This document shows, piece by piece, positions 24,963 through 37,183 of a stretch of 64,000 bases of DNA (position 1 is its first letter; every line of letters begins with the position of its first letter). The stretch is from the NCBI GenBank assembly GCA_028826165.1, contig JAPDFW010000095.1, positions 195,807 to 259,806 of the forward strand, given 5' to 3'. The translations under genes and the position numbers were made by a program. This stretch comes from Anaeramoeba ignava BMAN (lineage: Eukaryota; Protista; Anaeramoebae). The notes under the pieces were generated by a model, which had not been told where the DNA came from, searched no databases, and saw only the letters and a list, made by a program, of their open reading frames with translations.

Positions 24963-26789
24963 TTAAAAAGAAATATTTCTTTTACTTTTTGTTTGTTGAA
25001 ATTTTTTTTTTGAATTAATAGAAATACTTTGTTCAATTTTAATCAAATTAGGGAAGTATTTTTTCTCATTTACTTTTTTAAATTGATTTGAATAAATTTC
25101 TTTTTTCTCATTTGCTTTTTTAAATTGATTTGAATAAAAATCTTTTTTCTCATTTGCTTTTTTAAATTGATTTGAATAAGAAATAATGTTCCAAATTCTT
25201 TTTCTTTCTAAATCTTTTTTTTGAACTTTTTGAATTTTAAATTTTTCCAAAACCATAACTTTTCTGAAAAAATTAGAATCAATTTCAATTAATTTCATTA
25301 AAAACAAACTAAAACCATCTTTAATTGCTTGATTCCAATTCTTTTTAGAACAATCAATTAAACAAGAATAAATTATTGGAAGAATAATATTAAAATTTTT
25401 GGAAATGAACTTGAAAACTCTTTGATTTTGAAAAAAAAGAAGAACTTCTTCACAAACTGAATAATTTTCAGTTTTCAATAAATTGGAAAGCACTTTGAAT
25501 AATGAAGATTGAATAATTTCAAATCCAGAAGAAGAAATTGATTCAATCAAATTGTTCAATTGTTTTAAAAATAAGATCATTTTTTTGGAATTGGTTTTAG
25601 GGAAAAAAAAAAGTAATTTTTCAATCATTTTGGGAATTAAATCTTGTTGTTTTTGTGAATAAATTTGGATACAATCAGAAAGTGGATCAAAAAATTCTTC
25701 AAGTTTTTCTGATTTGAATAAAGGAATTAAAACTTGGAAAAGAAAATTCAAATGGACTTGTTTTATCGGTTGATTAAATCCTTTAATAATTGAACTTAGA
25801 AATTCTAAAAGAGAATAAATTCCTGGATGATTTTGATAATTGTAATGTTCTTTATCATATAAAAATGTTAATAAAATATCTTTTATTTTATTTCTAATAA
25901 AAGATCTAATCTCAAGATTCATTCCATAAATTCGATGAAGAACAATTTTTAAATATTCTTTTTCTTTCCAATCTTCATTTTCAAATAATTTCAAAATCTA
26001 TTTTTTCATAATCAATTAAGATTTAATTTTGTTTTTTTGTTTTTGAAAATTTTGAGAAAAAAAAATTAAGAACTTTTCCTTTTTGCTTTTTTTTTTGTTT
26101 ACATTTAAAATAAATTGTTTAGAAATAATTTTTGATAATAATTGAGGTGTATTAATTGCTTCAATAAGAGAAATTAAAAAAAGATAATTTGATTCTAAAA
26201 ATTCCCAATTAAGATCAAGTTGATTTGGAAATTGAGGAGATTCATCAAGAGAATTAGAATTAGAATTATTTTGATTCAAAATTGAATGAAAGTTGAATAA
26301 ATTTGATTCAATCTAAAAAAAAATTGAAAAAGAAAAAGAAGAATAAATTTTTCTTCCTTTTTTTCTTCTTTTTTTTATTTACAATTTTAATTGCTTTTTT
26401 GTAATCTTTTTCTCTTAATATTTTAGATCCTTCTTCTTCAATAAAATCAATTAATTTTGAAAGAATTTTGATCATCTCAATTTTTTTTAAATCATTTAAA
26501 GAAAAAAATTCATAATTCAAAATACATTTTAAAATTTTTTGATTAAATAATTGAACTAAATCTTCTTTTTCTATTTTGTTTTTGAAAATAATAATTAGAA
26601 AAAAAAAAAAGAAAATAAATAAAATAAAAAACCTTTTAATTTTTCTGTTTCAAATTTTGATGAATTGAAAAAATTTTTTGTTGATTTAAAATTTTGATCA
26701 AAATTTGTAAAAGTTGTTTCATTTTCATTTTCATTTTCATTTTCATTTTCATTATTAATAATTATTTTTGAAAAATAATTAATTTCCAT
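24963..26789 (-). CDS. Divergent PP2A regulatory subunit B' (B56 family)
   Basis: Exons 26633-26789, 26383-26570, 26103-26312 and 24963-25997. Motifs LFNQKILKC..YEF, LFENEDWKEKEYLKIVLHRIYG, LLEFLSSIIKGF, FPKTNSKK and ILPIIY. Confidence 0.85.
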
Positions 26790-26979
26790 TTTTAAAAAAA
26801 AGAATTCAAAAAAAAAAATGTTTTTTTTTCTTTCTGAATTTAATCTTTTTTTTTTTTTTTTGAGAATGAAAAAAAAATTTTTTTTTTTGACTTTGATTTT
26901 GATCTTAAAAAAAAAAAAGAAAAAGAAGAAAAGAAATTTTGAATTTGATCTTAAAAAAAAAAAAAGAAAAAGAATTTTG

Positions 26980-27331
26980 ATTTTGATCTTGATTTTGAAT
27001 TTGATTTTAAATTTAATTTTAATTTTGATTTTTGATTTTGATTTTAATTTTAATTTTAATTTTGATTTTAATTTTAATTTTAATTTTAATTTTAATTTTA
27101 ATTTTAATTTTAATTTTAGATTTTAATTTTAATTTTAATTTTAATTTTGATTTTAATTTTAATTTTAATTTTAATTTTTAATTTTAATTTTAATTTTAAT
27201 TTTAATTTTAATTTTAATTTTAATTTTAATTTTAATTTTAATTTTAATTTTAATTTTAATTTTAATTTTAATTTTAATTTTAATTTTGATTTTAATTTCA
27301 AAATGAATTTCAAAATGAATTTTAATTTGAA
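26980..27331. repeat. (TTTTAA)n microsatellite downstream of BTB-TLDc copy B
   Basis: Directly visible. Confidence 0.9.
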
Positions 27332-28789
27332 TTAGAAATATGCTTCTAAATCTTCAATTTTCCATCCAACATATTCTCCTGCTAAAAATGTTCTTGCTTC
27401 ATTTGTTTCATAAGTATAACCATCAGGAAGTTGATAAACTCTTCCTAAATTAGATCTTCCATTATCTAAAGTTGAATAAACACAAAGATCTCCATAATAT
27501 CCAAAATCTCCAAAATATGGACCATAATCATTATTAGAATAAATAGCTCTTTCATTTCTTTCTTCAATAATTGGGAATTTTTGAGGAGGTGAATTTTTTG
27601 GATTTTTAATTGTGAAAATAAATGAAGAATCATCTTTAACATGTCCTGGATTTTGTGATTTAAATCCTACTTTTGTAAATCCTCCCATTATATATCCTTT
27701 GGCTGATTTAACTATTATAAGTGTTGGTCCTTTATCATCACAAACTTTATGAAATTCTTTACTTGAAAATCCATCTTTTTTTGCTGAAAATCTAAGTTTC
27801 ATTTTTGTGAAAAATTTTTTATCTTGAATCCAACTTCTTATTAATCGAAAAATGCTTATATCTTTAATTATATCTGAATTTAAATAAAATCGTAAATTGA
27901 AAAATAATGAATTGCTTTTTTTGTATTCTTCTTGATATTCCAAAAGTAATTTATCAAATTCTTCAAAATTTGAATTTTGGATTTTCTTCAATTTGAAAAC
28001 TTTCTTTAAAACTTCATCTTCAATTATATTCATTTTTGAAACTTGTTTTATTTCTTTTTTAGAAAATTCAATAAATCTGATTTTATTGATTAATTTGGAA
28101 ATTTTGGATTTTAATTCTTCTCTTTCAATAATGTTTAGTTTTTCCTTTTGGATATGGAGTTTGTGTTTTCCCCATTTAATTATTGTTTGGAAAATATCAA
28201 ATTCATTAGGAAAAAGTTGTTCGCTTGATAATATTCTTTCTAAATGATATTCTTCAAGTTCTTCAAAAAATTTAATTTTTAATAAAGAATTAAAATGTTC
28301 AGAAATAAATTGATAGCAAAAATCATTTAAATCTTTAATATTCATTGTTTCTGAAATTTTAAGAATATCTGATAAAATTTCAATTTGGAAATTTTCTTTA
28401 ATAAAATCTGAAGCAAAACTTGTTAATTCTTCAATTAAATATTTTGATGAAAAAATTAAAATTTCAACTGCATTTTCTAAATTTAAATTGCATTTTCCAG
28501 TATAAAGATATTGTAAAACGATTGAAAAGGCTTCTTTTGAAACATCTTGAAAAATAATTTTATTTTCTTGATATTCTTTCATTTTTGAATGAAACATTGA
28601 TTTAAAATATTGACTTCTTGAAGAAAGAATTGATTTATGGCAATTAAAAGAAAATTGATTTTGATTTGATGAATAACAAATAATTTCAAAATCGCTATAA
28701 TTATCTTCATTATCGTTTTGGGTTATTAAGTTTTCTAAATCTTGTGATAATTTTTCTGTGTTTGAAAATGTTTTATTTATTGTTTCCAT
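27332..28789 (-). CDS. BTB-BACK-TLDc domain protein (copy B, near-identical to 20328-21785)
   Basis: Same length and almost the same sequence as copy A when started at METINKTF (ATG 28789). Confidence 0.92.
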   Translation of the reverse strand: METINKTFSNTEKLSQDLENLITQNDNEDNYSDFEIICYSSNQNQFSFNCHKSILSSRSQYFKSMFHSKMKEYQENKIIFQDVSKEAFSIVLQYLYTGKCNLNLENAVEILIFSSKYLIEELTSFASDFIKENFQIEILSDILKISETMNIKDLNDFCYQFISEHFNSLLKIKFFEELEEYHLERILSSEQLFPNEFDIFQTIIKWGKHKLHIQKEKLNIIEREELKSKISKLINKIRFIEFSKKEIKQVSKMNIIEDEVLKKVFKLKKIQNSNFEEFDKLLLEYQEEYKKSNSLFFNLRFYLNSDIIKDISIFRLIRSWIQDKKFFTKMKLRFSAKKDGFSSKEFHKVCDDKGPTLIIVKSAKGYIMGGFTKVGFKSQNPGHVKDDSSFIFTIKNPKNSPPQKFPIIEERNERAIYSNNDYGPYFGDFGYYGDLCVYSTLDNGRSNLGRVYQLPDGYTYETNEARTFLAGEYVGWKIEDLEAYF

Positions 28790-28857
28790 TTTTAAAAAAA
28801 ATGAATTTAAAAAAATGAATTTTAAAAAATGAATTTTCATTTTTTTCTTTTTTAAAA
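28790..28857. promoter_or_regulatory. 68-bp bidirectional promoter region between divergent BTB-TLDc and RCC1-BTB genes
   Basis: ATGs at 28789 (minus) and 28858 (plus), with TTCATTTT motifs on both strands. Confidence 0.6.
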
Positions 28858-30626
28858 ATGAATGATTGTTTATTTTTTGGTTTAAATAGAAATCCAGAAC
28901 TTTTCGAAAATGAACCATATAAAATAACAAAACCAATTCAATTTAAATTTGAAAATGAAAATGAAAATGAAAATGAAAAACAAATTAAACAAATTTCATC
29001 AGAAGAATTTTCAATAATTTTCCTTTTTAAAAATGGAAAAGCAATAGAATATTCAAATCAAACAAATTCAAAACAAAATCCTGAAAAAATCCAAATTGAA
29101 GAAAATATTCAAAAAGTAACTGTTAGTTTTGTAAATGAAGCTATTTTAACAATAGAAGGAAATGTATTTGCCAAAGGAAAAAATGTTAATCTAAAAAATA
29201 TAAAAGAATTTATCAATATTTCATCATTAATTGAAGATACAAACGATAGAATAATTCAAGATATTGTTTCTGGATTAAGTTCAATTTACTTATTAACTTC
29301 AAATCAAAATGCTTATGGAATTGGTTCAAATTTTTGGTGTCAACTTGGTTTTGATTCTAAAACACTTGAAAAAACAGAAAAACCAATTTTAATGATGAAA
29401 AATGTTTCTAAAATATTTTCAGGAAATTGTTCACATCATTTTTTTCTTTTAAATTCAAATCAAGAATTATTTGGATGTGGAGATAATAGATATGGTCAAC
29501 TTGGATTAGGAGAATCAACAGAAAAAGAAATAAAAATCCAAAAATTAACCAAAATAAAAAATATTCCAAAAGGCAAAATAATTGATATTCAATGTGGTGA
29601 TGATAATTCAATAATGTTGATTGAAGATGAAATTGAAAATGAAAATCCAAAAAGAAAACTTTATTCATGTGGATATTGGGAGTATAATGGACTTGGAAAA
29701 GATGAAAATACTTATGAATTTACTGAAATCAAATCATCTTTATTTGAAAATGATGATAATATTCTTGATTTTTCTTGTGCAAATGCTCATACTTTGATTT
29801 TAACTTCCAAACCAAAATTAATTGGTTTTGGACATAATTATTATGGCCAATTAGGAACTGGAGACACAGAATATCAATCAATTCCAATTCAAATTGAACT
29901 TCCTAAATTAAGATTTAATGAAAATATTTCTAATTATCATCTTTGTTGTGGCTATCTCAAATCATTTCTTTATTATTCTTCTCCTCTTTTTTCCAATCTT
30001 GAAGAAGATTTGATAAAATTATTTAGAAGAAAAGAATTTTGTGATATTTCATTTAAAACCAAAAATGGAGAAATAATTGAAGCTCATAAATTAATATTAA
30101 AATATAGATTAAATCAAAATCAAAAATTGAAAAACTTAAAGAAATTATTTCAAAAAAATCAATTAAAGAATCAAATCAAATATTTGAAATGATTTATTCA
30201 AACAGAATAATAAATCCAAAATTATATTCTGAAATTAAAGAAATTACAAATTTAAATGAAAAAATTGAAGAAACAATGAAAAGAATTTATTTAAATGAAA
30301 ATGAAAAAGATTTTATAATTGAAAGAAAAGAAAAACAATATAAATTTCCTAAATTAATATTAATAATGAGAAGTGAATTATATCGAGGAATGTTTTTATC
30401 TGTAACAGAAGATAAATCAAATAAAGTTACAGACTATAGTGAATTAAGTAATAAATCATTTCAAATATTTGAATATTGGATTTATTCAAATCAAATTAAA
30501 GAAGAAATTCAAATTACACAAGAAATTATTGATGAAATTGAAATTGGAATTGATTATTTTCAATTAAATCAAACAAATCCAAATTTATTTGATTTATTAA
30601 TTAATAAATTTAATAATCAAAATTAA
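28858..30626 (+). CDS. RCC1-like propeller + tandem BTB protein, copy 1 (frameshift in A-run at about 30124)
   Basis: RCC1 motifs (GDNRYGQLG, HTLILT..GHNYYGQLGTG) and BTB motifs (FCDISF..AHKLILKYRL; LILIMRSELYRGMF). The two ORFs join into one paralog. Confidence 0.88.
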
Positions 30627-30730
30627 AATCAAAATTAAAATTAAAATCAAAATTAAAATTAAAATTAAAATTAAAATTAAAATTAAAATTAAAATCAAAA
30701 TCAAAATCAAAATTAAAATTCAAAATTTAT

Positions 30731-30754
30731 TTTTTCATTTTTTTCTTTTCAAAA
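30731..30754 (+). promoter_or_regulatory. Conserved Inr-like element TTTTTCATTTTTTTCTTTTCAAAA just upstream of the ATG (representative instance)
   Basis: Near-identical motif before the ATGs at 30755, 33181, 35301, 44401, 53581 and 55739. Related TTCATTTT motifs precede unrelated genes. Confidence 0.55.
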
Positions 30755-32536
30755 ATGAATGATTGTTTATTTTTTGGTCAAAATTACAATCCAAAACTTA
30801 ACCAAAATGAATCAAATAAAATAACAAAACCAATTCAATTTAAATTTGAAAATGAAAATGAAAATGAAAATGAAAAACAAATTAAACAAATTTCAACATC
30901 AAGTTATTCAACAATTTTCCTTTTTGAAAATGGAAAAGCAATAGAATATTCAAATCAAACAAATTCAAAACAAAATCCTGAAAAAATCCAAATTGAAGAA
31001 AATATTCAAAAAGTAACTGTTGGTGTTCGAAATGAAGCTATTTTAACAAAAGAAGGAAATGTATTTGCAAAAGGAGAAAATATTAATCCAAATAATATAA
31101 AAGAATTTATCAATATTTCATCATTAATTGAAGATAAAAATGATAGAATAATTCAAGATGCTGTTTCTGGTTGGTGTTCAATTTATTTATTAACTTCAAA
31201 TCAAAATGTTTATGGAATTGGTTCAAATCAATTTGGTCAACTTGGTTTTGATTCTGAAACACTTCCAAAAACAGAAAAACCAATTTTAATGATGAAAAAT
31301 GTTTCTAAAATATTTTTAGAAAATTCTTCAGAACATGTTTTTCTTTTAAATTCAAATCAAGAATTATTTGGATGCGGATGGAATAATTATGGTCAAGTTG
31401 GATTAGGAGAATCAAGAAAAGAAGAATATATCCAAAAATTAACCAAAATACAAAATATTCCAAAAGGCAAAATAATTGATATTAAATCTGGATATTTTCA
31501 TTCAATAATGTTGATTGAAAATGAAAATCAAAATCAAAATCCAAAAAGAAAACTTTATTCATGTGGATTTTGGAAATATAATGGACTTGGCAAAAATGAA
31601 AATACTTATGAATTTACTGAAATCAAATCATCTTTATTTGGAAATGATGATAATATTCTTGATTTTTCTGTTGGAAATGCTCATACTTTGATTTTAACTT
31701 CCAATTCAAAATTAATAGTATTTGGATATAATTATTATGGTCAATTAGGAACTGGAAACATAGAATATCAATCAATTCCAATTCAAATTAAACTTCCTAA
31801 ATTAAGATTTAATGAAGATATTTCAAATTATCATATTCTTTGTGGCAATAATAGATCATTTCTTTATTATTCTCCTTTTATTTCTTCTTTTTCCAATCTT
31901 GAAGAAGATTTGATAAAATTATTTAGAAGAAAAGAATTTTGTGATATTTCATTTAAAACCAAAAATGGAGAAATAATTGAAGCTCATAAATTAATATTGA
32001 AATATAGATTAAATCAAAATGAAAATCAAATTGAAAAACTTAAAGAAATTATTTCAAAAAAATCAATTAAAGAATCAAATCAAATATTTGAAATGATTTA
32101 TTCAAACAGAATAATAAATCCAAAATTATATTCTGAAATTAAAGAAATTACAAATTTAAATGAAAAAATTGAAGAAACAATGAAAAGAATTTATTTAAAT
32201 GAAAATGAAAATGAAAAAGATTTTATTATTGAAAGAAAAGAAAAACAATATAAATTTCCAAAATTAATATTAATAATGAGAAGTGAATTATATCGAGGAA
32301 TGTTTTTATCTGTAACAGAAGATAAATCAAATAAAGTTACAGATTATAGTGAATTAAGTAATAAATCATTTCAAATATTTGAATATTGGATTTATTCAAA
32401 TCAAATTAAAGAAGAAATTCAAATTACACAAGAAATTATTGATGAAATTGAAATTGGAATTGATTATTTTCAATTAAATCAAACAAATCCAAATTTATTT
32501 GATTTATTAATTAGGAAATTTAATAATCAAAATTAA
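30755..32536 (+). CDS. RCC1-like propeller + tandem BTB protein, copy 2 (intact)
   Basis: Intronless 593-aa ORF with the family motifs. Confidence 0.92.
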   Translation: MNDCLFFGQNYNPKLNQNESNKITKPIQFKFENENENENEKQIKQISTSSYSTIFLFENGKAIEYSNQTNSKQNPEKIQIEENIQKVTVGVRNEAILTKEGNVFAKGENINPNNIKEFINISSLIEDKNDRIIQDAVSGWCSIYLLTSNQNVYGIGSNQFGQLGFDSETLPKTEKPILMMKNVSKIFLENSSEHVFLLNSNQELFGCGWNNYGQVGLGESRKEEYIQKLTKIQNIPKGKIIDIKSGYFHSIMLIENENQNQNPKRKLYSCGFWKYNGLGKNENTYEFTEIKSSLFGNDDNILDFSVGNAHTLILTSNSKLIVFGYNYYGQLGTGNIEYQSIPIQIKLPKLRFNEDISNYHILCGNNRSFLYYSPFISSFSNLEEDLIKLFRRKEFCDISFKTKNGEIIEAHKLILKYRLNQNENQIEKLKEIISKKSIKESNQIFEMIYSNRIINPKLYSEIKEITNLNEKIEETMKRIYLNENENEKDFIIERKEKQYKFPKLILIMRSELYRGMFLSVTEDKSNKVTDYSELSNKSFQIFEYWIYSNQIKEEIQITQEIIDEIEIGIDYFQLNQTNPNLFDLLIRKFNNQN

Positions 32537-33150
32537 ATTTAAAATTAAAATTAAAATTAAAATTAAAATTAAAATCAAAATCAAAATCAAAATTAAAATC
32601 AAAACTAAAATTAAAATTAAAATCAAAATTAAAATTAAAATTAAAATTTAAAATTAAAATTAAAATTCAAATTAAAATCAAAATTAAAAATTAAAATTAA
32701 AATTAAAATTAAAATTAAAATTAAAATTAAAATTAAAATTAAAATTAAAATAAAAATCAAAATTAAAATTAAAATTAAAATTAAAATTAAAATCAAAATC
32801 AAAATTAAAAATTAAAATTAAAATCAAAATCAAAATTAAAATTAAAATTAAAATTCATTTATAAAATTAAAATCAAAATTAAAATTAAAATTAAAATTAA
32901 AATCAAAATCAAAATTAAAATTAAAATTAAAATTAAAATTAAAATTAAAATTAAAATTAAAATTGAAATTAAAATTAAATTTAAAATTAAAATTAAAATT
33001 AAAATTAAAATTTAAATCAAATTTAAATCAAATTTAAAAATTAAAATTAAAATTAAAATCAAAATTAAAATTAAAATTAAAATTAAAATCAAAATTAAAA
33101 TTAAAAATTAAAATTAAAAATTAAAATTAAAATTAAAATTAAAATTCAAA
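32537..33150. repeat. (AAAATT)n spacer between RCC1-BTB copies (representative instance)
   Basis: Hexamer arrays form the spacers. Others lie at about 30627-30720, 34955-35270, 43938-44370, 46265-46550, 55366-55700 and 57595-57840. Confidence 0.95.
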
Positions 33151-33180
33151 ATTTATTTTTTCATTTTTTTCTTTTCAAAA

Positions 33181-34954
33181 ATGAATGATTGTTTATTTTT
33201 TGGTCAAAATGATAATCCAAAACTTATCCAAAATGAATCAAATAAAATAACAAAACCAATTCAATTTAAATTTGAAAATGAAAATGAAAATGAAAATGAA
33301 AATGAAAAACAAATTAAACAAATTTCATCAGGTTATTTATCAACAATTTTCCTTTTTGAAAATGGAAAAGCAATAGAATATTTAAATGAAGAAAATGATT
33401 CAAATCAAAATCCTGAAAAAATACAAATTGAAGAAAATATACAAAAAGTAACTGTTGGACATGATAATGAAGTTATTTTAACAATAGAAGGAAATGTATT
33501 TGCCAAAGGAAATTATGTGAATCAACAAAATCCAAATGAATTTATCAATATTTCATCATTAATTGAAGATACAAATGATAGAATAATTGAAAATATTGTT
33601 TCTGGTGCTTTTTCAGTTTACTTATTAACTTCAAATCAAAATGTTTATGGAATTGGTTCAAATTCATCTTCTCAACTCAGTTTTGATTCTGAAACACTTA
33701 AAAAAACAGAAAAACCAATTTTAATGATGAAAAATGTTTCTAAAATATTTTCAGGAAATAGCTCTTTTTGTGTTTTTCTTTTAAATTCAAATCAAGAATT
33801 ATTTGGATGTGGTGATAATTATTTTAGACAACTTGGATTAGGAGAATCAAGAAAAGAATCAAAAATACAAAAATTAACCAAAATACAAAATATTCCAAAA
33901 GGCAAAATAATTGATATTCAATCTGGATATTTTCATTCAATAATGTTGATTGAAAATGAAAATGAAAATCCAAAAAGAAAACTTTATTCATGTGGATATT
34001 CTCGATATAATGGACTTGACAAAAATGAAAATACTTATGAATTTACTGAAATCAAATCATCTTTATTTGAAAATGAAAATGATTATATTATTGATTTTTC
34101 TGTTGGAAATGCTCATACTTTGATTTTAACTTCCAATTCAAAATTAATAGTATTTGGAGATAATATAGATGGACAATTAGGAATTGGAGATACAAATGAT
34201 CAATCAATTCCATTTCAAATTGAACTTCCTAAATTAAGATTTAATGAAGATATTTCCAATTATCATGTTCTTTGTGGTATTAATAGATCATTTCTTTATT
34301 ATTCTCCTCCTTTTTCCAATCTTGAAGAAGATTTGATAAAACTATTTAGAAGAAAAGAATTTTGTGATATTTCATTTAAAACCAAAAATGGAGAAATAAT
34401 TGAAGCTCATAAATTAATATTGAAATATAGATTAAATCAAAATCAAAATCAAAATGAAAAACTTAAAGAAATTATTTCAAAAAAATCAATTAAAGAATCA
34501 AATCAAATATTTGAAATGATTTATTCAAACAGAATAATAAATCCAAAATTATATTCTGAAATTAAAGAAATTATAAATTCCAATGAAAAAATTGAAGAAA
34601 CAATGAAAAGAATTTATTTAAATGAAAATGAAAATGAAAAAGATTTTATAATTGAAAGAAAAGAAAAACAATATAAATTTCCTAAAATTAATATTAATAA
34701 TGAGAAGTGAATTATATCGAGGAATGTTTTTATCTGTAACAGAAGATAAATCAAATAAAGTTACAGATTATAGTGAATTAAGTAATAAATCATTTCAAAT
34801 ATTTGAATATTGGATTTATTCAAATCAAATTAAAGAAGAAATTCAAATTACACAAGAAATTATTGATGAAATTCAAATTGGAATTGATTATTTTCAATTA
34901 AATCAAACAAATCCAAATTTATTTGATTTATTAATTAATAAATTTAATAATTAA
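33181..34954 (+). CDS. RCC1-like propeller + tandem BTB protein, copy 3 (extra A at about 34685)
   Basis: Paralog of copy 2. It reads cctaaaatta where the other copies read cctaaatta. Confidence 0.88.
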
Positions 34955-35300
34955 AATTAAAATTAAAATTAAAATTAAAATTAAAATTAAAATTAAAATT
35001 AAAATTAAAATCAAAATTAAAATTAAAATCAAAATTAAAATTCAAATTAAAATCAATATTAAAATTAAAATTAAAATTAAAATTAAAATTAAAATCAAAA
35101 TTAAAATTAAAATTAAAATTAAAATTAAAATTAAAATTAAAATTAAAATCAAAATTAAAATAAAAATTTAAATTAAAATTAAAATCAAAATCAAAATTAA
35201 AATTAAAATTAAAATTAAAATTAAAAATTCAAATTAAAATTAAAATCAAAATTAAAATTAAAAATTCAAAATTTATTTTTTCATTTTTTTCTTTTCAAAA

Positions 35301-37129
35301 ATGAATGATTGTTTATTTTTTGGTCAAAATTACAATCCAAAACTTAACCAAAATAAATCAAATAAAATAACAAAACCAATTCAATTTAAATTTGAAAATG
35401 AAAATGAAAATGAAAATGAAAATGAAAATGAAAAACAAATTAAACAAATTTCATCAGGTTATTTATCAACAATTTTCCTTTTTGAAAATGGAAAAGCAAT
35501 AGAATATTCAAATCAAACAAATTCAAAACAAAATCCTGAAAAAATCCAAATTGAAGAAAATATTCAAAAAGTAACTGTTGGTGTTCAAAATGAAGCTATT
35601 TTAACAAAAGAAGGAAATGTATTTGCAAAAGGAGAAAATATTAATCCAAATAATACAAATGAATTTATCAATATTTCATCATTAATTGAAGATAAAAATG
35701 ATAGAATAATTCAAGATGCTGTTTCTGGTTGGTGTTCAATTTACTTATTAACTTCAAATCAAAATGTTTATGGAATTGGTTCAAATCAATTTGGTCAACT
35801 TGGTTTTGATTCTGAAACACTTCCAAAAACATATAAACCAATTTTAATGATGAAAAATGTTTCTAAAATATTTTTAGAAAATTCTTCAGAACATGTTTTT
35901 CTTTTAAATTCAAATCAAGAATTATTTGTATGCGGATGGAATAATTATGGTCAAGTTGGATTAGGAGAATCAAGAAAAGAAGAATATATCCAAAAATTAA
36001 CCAAAATACAAAATATTCCAAAAGGTAAAATAATTGATATTAAATCTGGATATTTTCATTCAATAATGTTGATTGAAAATCAAAATGAAAATCCAAAAAG
36101 AAAACTTTATTCATGTGGATATTCTCGATATAATGGACTTGGTCAAAATGAAAATACTTATGAATTTACTGAAATCAAATCATCTTTATTTGAAAATGAA
36201 AATGATTATATTATTGATTTTTCTGTTGGAAATGCTCATACTTTGATTTTAACTTCCAATTCAAAATTAATTGGATTTGGAGATAATGATGATGGACAAT
36301 TAGGAACTGGAGATACAAATGATCAATCAATTCCAATTCAAATTGAACTTCCTAAATTAAGATTTAATGAAAATATTTCCAATTATCATTTTTCTTGTGG
36401 ATTTAATAGATCATTTCTTTATTATTCTCCTCCTTCTTTTTCCAATCTTGAAGAAGATTTGATAAAATTATTTAGAAGAAAAGAATTTTGTGATATTTCA
36501 TTTAAAACCAAAAATGGAGAAATAATTGAAGCTCATAAATTAATATTGAAATATAGATTAAATCAAAATCAAAATCAAAATGAAATTGAAAAACTTCAAG
36601 AAATTATTTCAAAAAATCAATTAAAGAATCAAATCAAATATTTGAAATGATTTATTCAAATAATTCCAAAATAAATCCAAAATTATATTCTGAAATTAAA
36701 GAAATTATAAATTCAAATGAAAAAATTGAAGAAACAATGAAAAGAATTTATTTAAATGAAAATGAAAATGAAAATGAAAATGAAAAAGATTTTATTATTG
36801 AAAGAAAAGAAAAACAATATAAATTTCCTAAATTAATATTAATAATGAGAAGTGAATTATATCGAGGAATGTTTTTATCTGTAACAGAAGATAAATCAAA
36901 TAAAGTTACAGATTATAGTGAATTAAGTAATAAATCATTTCAAATATTTGAATATTGGATTTATTCAAATCAAATTAAAGATGAAATTCAAATTACAAAA
37001 GAAATTATTGATGAAATTCAAATTGGAATTGATTATTTTCAATTAAATCAAACAAATCCAAATTTATTTGATTTATTAATTAAGAAATTTAATAATCAAA
37101 ATCAAAATCAAAACCAAAAAAAAAATTAA
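35301..37129 (+). CDS. RCC1-like propeller + tandem BTB protein, copy 4 (missing A at about 36615)
   Basis: Paralog split into two ORFs at an A-run. Confidence 0.88.
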
Positions 37130-37183
37130 AATCAAAATCAAAATCAAATTCAAAATAAAATTCAAAATCAAAATAAAATTCAA

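Noticed and set aside
28790-28936. 49-aa N-terminal extension of BTB-TLDc copy B overlapping RCC1-BTB copy 1
   Set aside because: The track uses an alternative start codon. Paralog copy A begins at METINKTF, which supports the ATG at 28789.
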